Shown here: positions 22,935 to 32,700 of the stretch, piece by piece
Layout: each line of letters opens with the position of its first letter
How positions within the stretch are numbered: the stretch's first letter is position 1
Assembly: GCA_000708835.1 (NCBI GenBank)
Contig: DF237106.1
Location: 105,021-169,020, forward strand
Length of the DNA: 64,000 nucleotides
Source of the DNA: Klebsormidium nitens
Taxonomy: Eukaryota; Plantae; Klebsormidiophyceae
Direction of reading: 5' to 3'
Notes under the pieces: generated by a model
What the model was told of the DNA's origin: nothing
What the model saw: the letters and a program-made list of their open reading frames with translations, nothing else
Database searches by the model: none
Position numbers and translations under genes: made by a program

Positions 22935-25839
22935 TCACAAGTGCGGGGACACGAAACCCCAAAGCTGACGTAAGCCGTTATCCACATCGGGGGCGAGCTG
23001 AAAACCCGTGACGCTGAGGACGCCCAGTAATTGAGCAAAGGCGATCGCGGAAAGGACCTTGAACATGCGCTTGAAGAACTTCTCGAACGAGATGCCGATC
23101 GCAACGTTTTCCTGCTCCAACACCCGCCTGGAAAACACGAAGAATACGGGTTCGAAGCTCTGCTGGTCTTAAGAAGTGAAAGAAAGCCTTCGTATCGATC
23201 TTCCAGAGATTCAGTCTCAATGCAACGATGGAAGGCGTACTCTTGTCACTTTCGAGAGCCGTACGGAAAAGCAAGCATTGCCTGCCCGGTCGATGGTGAT
23301 GCTCGATCGATTCGAGAGCTTCCTTTGCAGCGGAACTCAGCAAAAGAGTCTTTCATGAAGGATGACATCATTCGAGAACCCCATTTTCTTGTCGCTTCCT
23401 TCGACGATGTTACGATTGTCTCCACAGCAAGTTGCGGTGAACCAATCTGGTAACTGAGTCAACCTGATAACCAACTAACAAACGGAAACCAACAGTCCCT
23501 GGTTTTGGGTGTTGGAAGATGGAAAACGGGTAACAGCCTTACACTGTCGGGTCCCCTTCCACGTCATTCTTCTCAATCTCCATGATGGTGTTCCGGATGT
23601 CAAAGACCAGGAACGCGAGGGCCCAGTAGTCCAGGGAACTGAGCACTCCGACCAGCTTGAAATAGTCGACCGGGGTCACTAACAAGGCCTCCCGGAGCGA
23701 GTTGAGGATCTTGATCACGGCCAGAACTGTAGGGAAAGAGGAGTAGGATTAGGGGGGAATAGAAGGGTGCAGGTTGAACGGCCAAAACTGCAGGAGAGAG
23801 GAGTAGGATCAGGGAATAGAAAATGGCCAGATTGAACGGTTAGAACTGCAGGAAAGAGAAGTAGGATGAGGGGAGAACAGAAAAACTGCAAACCAAACGG
23901 CCAAAACTGCAGAAAAGAGGAGTAGGATAAGGGGAGAATTTGAGAACTGTACTCTGATACGCCAGATCTGCAGGGAACGAGGAGTAGGATCAGGAGCCAA
24001 TAGAACACTGCAAATTGCTTGGCCAGAACTGCAGGCAAGAGGAGTGGGACTACTGGGGAGATGAAAGAGCTGCAACTTGTACGGCCAGAACTCCAGGGCC
24101 CAAGGAGTAAAATCAGGGGGGAACAAAAGCATTGCCGAACTGAAGAGTTGAAGTGAACGAGAAGGCCAAGGAAAGATTCAGAACGTGTGTGAGTCGATGC
24201 AGCCAGATGAGGTGCCTAGAGACCAAATGCTAATGGACAGTGGACAGAGGACTGCGGCGCTCGGTTGGAGAACAAGGCAAGGGCCGTTCGGCAGCAACGG
24301 CCAGAATCGCCTTCAAACCAGAAGGAAACAGTCACAAAAGAATGTCAAAGCGCCAGGAAGATTGCGCCACACAAGGAATGACAAGACAGACTGATTTCCG
24401 TGATGGGCCATCGAAGCTTTGCCTCCTTAGGTGCTGTTTGTCGCAAGCATCGGAACTGGTTTTAGAGCCCCAACAGGTCTGACGGTATAATGGGGGCCCC
24501 AATCAGAAGAACGTGTCGTCTGTCGACTCCATAAAGAAGAAAAACTTCGGGAAGGCCTTGTACAGAGATCTTGATGATTTCGTTCAGGCGCTATTTACAG
24601 CTAATGTGCATCTGAGAAGACCTTTGTGATCCGACGTGCTTCAAACAAAAAGTTCAAAAAAACTGTAAGCGTGCAACTTATGACTTACTGTTTTGAAAAC
24701 GTGCACAATGCTCAAGTTATAAAGGACAACAGAGCCCTCAACGATGCTCTCTAATAAGACTTTCTAACCAAAGCTCAGCAAAGATGCTGTGCCTGTTGCC
24801 AACAGCCTTTTGGACTGAGAGCAATCTTCCTGGCGACAGAAGAAAGTTCACACAAAGGACGTATGTCCTCCTTATGTGCTTGTAAATGGACACGCAAAGT
24901 TTACCCATGCTCGCACACGGTAGAAGGGCCACCTAACGGACATCTAACCAGCTTTGATTACCGGATGCTTCCCCATCCCAGCCAGCAAGAACCTGTGGCT
25001 ATGTTACCAGCCAAACAAAACAATCAAGCATCACAGACTGGGTCTGAATCGACCCAGAATTGGTCATAGCTGTACCCGCAGATTGATCTTTCTAAACAAC
25101 AAACACAGGTCATAACGCAGGAGGAACTGTCTTTCCCAGCAATGCAGAACCCACTGAACTTTACCACGATCTTTCACATAGGAGTGATCTGGGGCAATCT
25201 TCACTCACCCACAAAGCAGACCCCTATCCGTAGCAGCGTCCTCTTGAGCCCCGACGCCAGCTTGTACCGCTGCTCAGTCAGCGCCGCGAGCTCCTCCTCC
25301 TCATTGGCATACTCCACTTTCATCTTCTCCTCTTTTCTGAATGTGTGCAGAATGTTGGCCGCCCTCTTGTTTACATGCCTGCGTAACCGGGTTCCGAAAC
25401 CACGGTGGTGGTGGTGCTCTTGGCTGGTAGCTGTTGACCCAAGGTTAACATCTGCGGTAACCCGGGTGGAAAGCCCCATCGGCGCAGAATGATCTGGGTC
25501 ATCCTTCCTGGTAATTTCATTCTGCGGGGCGTGAATTGAATCATCCTGACTGGCCTTGATTGGCTGACATCTGCGAAAGCAAAGCTGTCTTTGCTTGGAT
25601 CCTCGCACCCGGTTCACAAGCTGTCCGCTTGGGCAATCCTGCTTTATTTGATTTGCCCACAAGCTGTATTGCAGGCGTTGCGGTGGAGGCGGTACTGTAA
25701 CTGCATACGTTATCTGCAAACTAGGTCCTCTAGGGACTAGAGCGGGCCAGTGCCGCTTTGATCCTTCTCCCCAGCTACATCTTCCAGCCGGCAAGTGCAG
25801 CGTGCCCTTTGTCCATACCGCTTCACCAATCAAAGACAT
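22935..25839 (-). CDS. Orphan predicted membrane protein (~345 aa), possibly plastid-targeted. Exons: 25839-25209, 23726-23545, 23159-22935
   Basis: ATG 25839 opens a 631-nt exon ending at a GTGAGT donor (phase 1). It joins at CTACAG|TT to give the continuous hydrophobic segment LLRIGVCFVVLAVIKIL, then DYFKLVGVLSSLDYWALAFLVFDIR, then SFEPVFFVFSRRVLEQENVAIGISFEKFFKRMFKVLSAIAFAQLLGVLS. No family recognised. The exon-3 frame depends on a GTGTAA donor. Confidence 0.65.
23717..24135 (-). repeat. Tandem array of seven ~61-bp degenerate units, each a copy of the intron 3' end (branch-like site, polypyrimidine tract, AG) plus the first ~10 exon bases
   Basis: The anchor acggccagaactg(c/t)ag...gaggagtaggat recurs on the + strand. 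The acceptor triplets lie at 23727, 23788, 23846, 23907, 23968, 24029 and 24091 (spacings 61,58,61,61,61,62). Confidence 0.92.
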
Positions 25840-27733
25840 CTTGGGATTTCGTTTTCTTCACCCAACATACATTATTTCTGATTGTTAGCGTCTGCTAGGT
25901 TTTACCCGCTTCATAGCCGCTCCTGTATCGCATGTTTGCCAGCTTTGAATGACTTCTGATCAGCGGCTTGTCGGCCCAATTGCAAGAAGATTTTCAAAAG
26001 TTTGTGAACGCTGGCCTTGCGCTTCTCTCGGAGAGCGACTCCCCTTCACAGCGGTCGCCGCGATAACTGGACGACAGAGCGCGCCGTCTTGACGCTCCTA
26101 CATCTCATGTCACATAATGTGATTGCTAGCGAGCGATTCAGCGCGTCTACAGAGGGAACGGCACTTTGGCCGGCGGTACTTTCAGTCCCTTCAATTGGCG
26201 GGATCCCTGAGCAGTGAGCCTTTCAACAAGCTCGTCGCGAGATCACATCGTGCACTGGGGCCATTCTTCGAGAGCAGCTCGTGACAGCCTTGCTTCTGAG
26301 CCTCTTCTGAGCCTATTAGGCGAAGGGACTGTGGCAGTGTGGGGGGGAATGCCCCATATTCTATCGGCCATTGGCCATCGAAAGGTCTGAAGGCGAAGGG
26401 CGGGATCTCTGCCGGCGCTTCTTGGGCCGCCGCAGGAGTCAAGATATGGGTGAGAGGCTCGCTTTGCATTGTATTAACGACGCTTCAAGTCTTCTCCACT
26501 GTTGCAGCATTTGGAACCTCCTTCACCCAAAGGTAGTCACGCTAGTTTGAACGACACTGCAGTTTCTGCATGGAGCACTCCGAGGCGGCCCCATCTTGCC
26601 ATTCCGAGGCCATCCCATCCTTTCACCTTTGGGGTAATAAGCCCTTTTCAGTGCAGCATTTTGAGCCAGCCAGTCATACAGTCAGACACTTGGTGTGGAG
26701 AGGAGAAAGTTGGTCATTTCCTGGACTATGAGCACCTGTCAGAAGCGGTTTCGACGGCATTGTAGGAAATAGTTTTCAGGACTGCGCAATCTCTGGCGCA
26801 TCAGGCGTAGTACGCCTGGCTGGGACCTTTTGCTTCAATGTGGAGGACCTTGTATGGTTCGTGTAGATCTGGAGTGTAGCAGCTCTGTCCTCTTTGTCCT
26901 GTTTGTCCTTGTTCCCCTACGTGTCAGATTGTCTCGCTGCTCTATTTGTGGTGCTGTCAACCTAACTCAGCATATGAACCCTGACCATCGCTGGGTTGGA
27001 CAAAGGGTCAGGTATTGGCGACCACTGGCCATGCCCTCCACATTTTGTCCGCATCTTTTTGCGGATTCGTTGAGCTATTGTTAGGGCCATCTTGACGCCT
27101 TATACTGAGGATTCTTAATGCTGAATCCGATCCCATCAACAAGGCTGTACCTGCATGTGCATTTATGCAATCGCTTGTCAAGCTGCTATAGTTACTCTCA
27201 GTGTGGTGACAGCAGCCACTGCCCATCTTCGTCATCATCGGACCTTTGACCAAGATGAGGTTGCTATCTAGGCTGTCCGAGGAAGCAGATTCGGATACTG
27301 AGAAGTTGCTGGCATCAAACCCATCTGGTGATGTGGCATATCGTTTCCTTTACCTGCCTGACTTGTTGGAATACCTAATCTTCTGCAACTCAGCCAGCAA
27401 TAGTCCACCTTAAAGAGCTCTGTTTCAACCCTCGTGTATCTAGAATTCCCACCACTGGTGAGAGTGGTCTGCAATTGCCAATTGCAGACCAATTGCAAGA
27501 CTTTCATTTAGGCCTGCGGGGTCCCTTATTTAGTGAGTTCAATAAAAGGGCACATAATTTAAAGCTAATCAAGAGCAAGTCAGACTTGGTCATTGATAGT
27601 GAGTCCTTGTCACATAGAAGCTATGGTTTGGTGACAGGTGCAACAGAGCATATGCGCGACCATGAAGATTCAAGACTCGGAGGAAATTATGCATACTTTG
27701 ACCAACTAAAGGAGTGATAGTGTTTTTTCTCAG

Positions 27734-28086
27734 GTATTGATGGCGTGAAGGACGCAGCCGTCGGGACTGCCAAGAGGGTTGGTGGCATTTTGGGAGCATC
27801 CATGGTAGTCAAAGCGGCAGCCAATGTTGGAGCCGGTTTGGCCTTGAAGGCGGCCGGCTTCTCGGCAGCCGGCCCAGTTGCCGGCTCTTACGCGGCATCT
27901 TGGATGTCCGCTATTGCGACCGCCAATGGTGGCGGAGTTGTGGCAGGGTCCACATATGCCGTGTGTCAAAGCGTATCCATGGGCACGGGGGCGGTCGTTG
28001 GGGCACCTCTTGCAATAGGTGTTGCTGCGGTAGGTGCTGGAGGTTATGGCGTATACAAGTGGGTCAAGGGAGGGAAACGTAGATAA
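27734..28086 (+). CDS. IFI6/IFI27 (ISG12, Ifi-6-16 family)-like small hydrophobic protein; terminal exon, upstream exon(s) unresolved
   Basis: After a strong acceptor (tgttttttctcag|), the exon encodes GFSAAGPVAGSYAASWMSAIATANGGGVVAGSTYAVCQSVSM (27856-27981). This is a gapless match to the ISG12 motif GFTxxGIxxxSxAAxMMSxxAxANGGGVxxGSLVAxLQS. It is followed by a hydrophobic helix and the basic tail KGGKRR*. Confidence 0.82.
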
Positions 28087-28119
28087 GTGGCATCGAAGTT
28101 TTGTTAAATAGTGTGGAAA

Positions 28120-28181
28120 AGCTTCTGACCAGAGTAGGACCTTCTCAAAGGCTTGAAAAGGTTCTATTCTGGTCAGAAGCT
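28120..28181 (+). other. 62-nt RNA hairpin (29-bp stem, 4-nt loop) in the 3' region of the ISG12-like gene
   Basis: Arm agcttctgaccagagtaggaccttctcaa, loop aggc, arm ttgaaaaggttctattctggtcagaagct: 26 Watson-Crick pairs, 2 G:U pairs and 1 mismatch. Confidence 0.85.
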
Positions 28182-29781
28182 CGATCATTGGAAGCTTTCC
28201 ATAGCAAAGTCAACTCTATTTTGAGAGCCGGTGGATGTTCGCAGCACCTGAAAGAAAGTATATGGTGTGGTTCTTTCAATCGCCTTTGAAGTTTCCAAGT
28301 GGCCACCTAACCTATCAGTCGGAAGCCCGTTGGAAGCCCCTTATGAACTAAAAAGGATGGCAATGGTGACTCATATGCTTAATTCACGAGAAGTTGATGT
28401 TCTTACAAAGTGATGTTGGAAGTCGGTCATGGTATATGTGATTCTTATTTGTGAATAAAGCACGCCTTTGCAAAGGGAAGATGCTGCATGCATGTGGTAT
28501 GCGCACAATCGAGTTGTTCTTGCATTTTGAATGCCAACAGTTCATTGAAGCATGCGTGAAGCATGCACGCCTGGCATGCATGATGTGAGTTCAATGAGGC
28601 GGACACGACTACACCCTTTCCTTCAATTTATCAATTTCTCGTGCATGCTAGCTTCGCCGTGCTTCGACATGCTTTTCCGCTTAGACACCGTTTGAGTATC
28701 ATAGATCTTACTAATCATGGCATGATACTTGCAGAGTGACCTCCTCACGATTTCAGGACATGGGATGATCCATTTCGTATTTTCAGATTTTTGACTTGTC
28801 CAAAGTTGGCCTAAAGTTGGCATCCGGGCGGGGTTCAAGCACGTTTGAACGTTTTCGAAATTTCAGCGCATATTCACTGTATCCATGTAAATCTCTTTTC
28901 CATACAGGCATTCACTGCGCGCGCATATCTGCAGCCGCCGATCTAGGCCGTCCGTTGGGGCAGGGCACGAGCATCGACGACAAGGGAGTCAATCACCACA
29001 CTCGGAACACGGAATATTTATAACGCAGGTTGGAGCCTTCCAAGTTCAAATCCGAGTCGAAGGGGTGAAGGGGTTCAGCTACCTACATAGCTACACACCT
29101 ACCTAGCCTGGCAGGATACGGTACAGCCAGGTCTGTATTTACAGACTTGAACTTGTAGCTTTTATAGCTTCTGCATGGTGACCAACTTCCTAGCTCCTGG
29201 GCGCTCCTGAGTCCTGGCAGGCCGCAGAATGATGCCAGCTCAGCTCCAGGCCATCTGTCCAGGCTAGCTTGCTGAAATGCCGGGCTTGCCCACTTTCTTC
29301 ACATGGTACAGCAAGTAGCATGGCCCAGAAAGCGAGCCACTTACAGTAAGACTGTGAAAAGGAGGCACCAAGTTGTAGTATCTAGGTCAGAAACTATGAG
29401 CGCCTGAGCGGCTGAGCCCAGGTCTGACTTACTACCAATGTGAATTAGGAGGAGCAAAACAAGCCAAATTGCCCTCCACTGGATGCTTGCAAATAAGCAT
29501 ACGAGGCGACGATGGGCCCCTAAGGGGCCTTGCTGGTTTGCAGCCGGGATTGTAGCTGAGGCTCTCATTCTAGCAGCAATAACGAGTATATTATGACCAG
29601 TCGAGTTGTGCAAGCTGCTGCGGCTCAGCTCATTCGAAAAACGCTCGTTTGAGTACTATCCTGATCTACACAGGCTGCAATGTAGAAGCAGCACCATCAA
29701 AAAAGGCATTACAAAGTGCTGATCATTCAACATAGGCCATGTTTCAAGGTTGCCAATGGTGCTTGATGGTCTTCACCAGAG

Positions 29782-32700
29782 ATGGCAGACTCACGAAAGT
29801 ATCCTCATCTGCTATTTCTACTCTGTTTCAGCTTATTTGCTCAGGCTGTGGTTTTGGAAGCTGATGAAATTGCACATCTGGTAAGAAGGCAGAGCCTTTA
29901 CCAAGAAGGAGCTCAAGCAAGGAGAAAATTACAGTCAGGTATGCCACCAACTCTGTGTCTGATCCCACAAAGCATCTTTCAGGCACTTCATTTCAGTACA
30001 TGTAATTCTTGCACTTCACAAATTTCTGACAGTATTTTGCAACATGGTTAAGTTGTCATCAAGTGTGTCTAGCTACTATCATGGAAGCATTGATTTCTGT
30101 ACGCACACAACAAGATCAGTTTATGTTTAGGTTACCATATCTGGTAAACACTGTCAGCTCTCATGATCCGGGCGCAACCACCAGGCAAATTCAGGGCAAT
30201 GCAATTCAATGTTGCTGTCATGAGCTTGAGCAACTCTAGCGGAGTGCTGATGGCAGCCGGATAGTGGTGCCCGAAGTGATCAACAAACTTATGCTCTTTC
30301 CTCCTCTGCTGTTTTCTCCAGCCACAGCCTATGTTTACAATGAGCTGCAGCTGTACAGTGCCGTGAACGACGTGACCATCACAACGATCAGTGTCGAGAG
30401 CGACATTGTCCGAACGTCAGCCTATGCAAGCCTTGCAATCACTGCCCCTTCAGCCTCTCCTAGTAGGAGTTTGCTCATCATTGGGGGCGCAGCTCCAAGC
30501 GCCAGTTGTGTACAAAGCAAGTGCACAATCAATGGCAACGGAAATCAGTGCTTCTTCTCCTATGGCTACACAGACGTAACATTGCAGAACTTAAGGATAC
30601 AGAACTGCAACGGGACAACAGTAAGTGCATCGTCATTATCAGATTTCTGAAAAGACCGCTATGGTTCCGTCTCAGACCGGGCCCAGATCTGGCCGTATAC
30701 GCAAACTGATAGATAGGTTGCTTCGCAGAATCGGATAAAGTGGGCAAAGGGTGCAACAATTTTGACCTCCTCTCAACATATCTTCATCAATTAGCAGATG
30801 GAAGAATTGGCTTCCCTTGTCGCATGTTCGCAATTTGAAGCCTTGCAATGGTAAAGTTGGTATCTGCTGAGATCCTCAACTGGATCTTGAGAATCTTAAC
30901 CCAAGGGCTTACACTGTTGATACTTGCGTGCAGTTGAGCGGTGGGGCACTCAGAAGCGCCCCCCCAAATGCTGCATCTTTCAGCTATATTGCAGTTCAAA
31001 GCGTTGACTTTATTGGCAACGTCGCAAAGGTAAGCAGTTTCCTGGCTTGGAGTGTCGGCTTAGCCCTTTTTAACTGTGCGCCAGTGATCTGACGAAGAGC
31101 TTAGAGTCCACGGTGGGTGACCCTTGGCTCGCAATAAATCTGGACATGTTTTTACAAAACGAGCGAGTAAGTGTAAAGGCACAACGGCCAGGAGGCCTTC
31201 CTTGCCATAACTGGGGGTCCTTATCCGTCACGTGGCTAAAGCGGCTCTCTTGGATTCCAGTCGAGTGAGCCATAGACAAAACAAAGAGGCTGCCTCCTGA
31301 GTTTAGACTCTGTTGGCTTCAGCTGTCATCCGTCGGAGTCCCATCCGATTGAGATGATAAGGACTCTTGGAGAAAATTTCTATCCTCCTTGCAGCAAAAC
31401 GGCGGTGCTCTTGCCCTCTTTTCTGTCTATGCACAATTAGCAGTTGCCGACTCCACCTTCACGAGCAACATTGCCACTCTCCATGGCGGGGCGATTTACA
31501 TCAGTGGGGGACCTTCTTTCACCGTCTCGAACTCTACTTTCACTACAAACACGGCGTCAGGAAGCAATGTAAGTTCGTACGTTGACCTGAGCTCAAAGCT
31601 TCTGCCTTGTCCTCCTGTTCTGCCCTCATCTTTCGTCAGACATCTTTTCCGAAGCCTGCTTCTTCGTTCCCGGTACCTCCTCTGCTAGGTGATCGGAAGC
31701 TGGAGATGGATTGTCCAGATTCTGGAAGCCAGTCTCTACCTGGGAATGGACTATTTGAGTCACCAAATCAATCTACGCGTTTCATTTCTGCAGACAAAGC
31801 TTGAACTCTGATGACAAGCTTACTTGAATTGTTTTCCGTTAGCAAGTGGAAGATGTAAAGTGTGAGACTCTTTCGCTGGTCGAAGTCTGAGCGGACCCGC
31901 TAGATCATCGTACCCTGCTCCGCATGTGCAGCGTGGAGGTGCGATCTTCCTTCAAAACTCGGCCTGGTTCTCAATCAGCACTTGCACGTTCGCGGGAAAC
32001 ATTGCTCGCGCTGGAGGCGGCGCGGCCCTGGAGGGTTCCGCGCCTGGCACTCTTTACAACAACTATTTTGCCAACAACTCGGTCACGGGAGTAAGTAGAT
32101 CATACTTTCTGCTTTCTGCTGATGAGTTGGTTGCGGCGGCATCCGGCCAGTCTAGTAGCAGATTGGAAGCTTGTTCCTTTAATAGGTCCCCTGCTTCTTG
32201 CAACAAGCTGCGTATATTGGTCGAGGTAGAAGCAGCCCCACGTCTAGAATCATTCACGATTTATGAAAGTCACTCTACTGTTCTTGAAATTGGCCGATTG
32301 CGGAGTTTGTGGCTTGAACAATCTGATCAGGAAGATGGTGCTTCAGGAGCTCCAAACTTTGATATATTCTGCAATTTGCGTGCAGAACAACAATGGTGGA
32401 GCTATCCGCTATTCATCCTCGGGAACGATTACCAATACGTATACCACTTTCTATAACAACAAGGTGAGCATAGCTTGCGGTAGTCGGGCGTTTGCCTTCC
32501 TGTGTGAGAATCTCCGAAGGAATGACAAGGTATGCAAATGAACGCCGCTTGACAAAACGTCCAGGCACACGTTGGCGTCCCAGGCCAGGTTCTCTTAGCG
32601 TCTCTGCTATACGAGCTGAATTTCAAACAACAAACGCGCTTCGGACGGTCGAAGCCGCATGCTTTTCACCGATCGGTCAATGCTCTGACCAATCTATAAG

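Noticed and set aside
23717-24135. CRISPR-like appearance of the regularly spaced repeat
   Set aside because: The context is a eukaryotic intron, the whole unit including the spacer part is homologous between copies, and there are no cas genes.
26320-26532. Candidate upstream exons for the ISG12-like gene (a Gly/Ala segment ending at GTGAGA 26449 and a 25-nt micro-exon ending at GTAGTC)
   Set aside because: The phases fit, but the model needs a 58-nt intron and lacks an ATG. It cannot be supported without RNA data.
29020-29055. Pol III B-box-like GTTCAAATCC with a weak A-box-like word upstream
   Set aside because: The boxes are only ~10 nt apart and no cloverleaf can be built, so a tRNA is not supported.
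29307-29326. tacagcaagtagcatggccc resembles the U6 snRNA core (ACAGAGAAGATTAGCATGGCCCC)
   Set aside because: Only 11 nt match exactly, ACAGAGA is broken and the flanks do not match. This is chance or an unrecognisable fragment.
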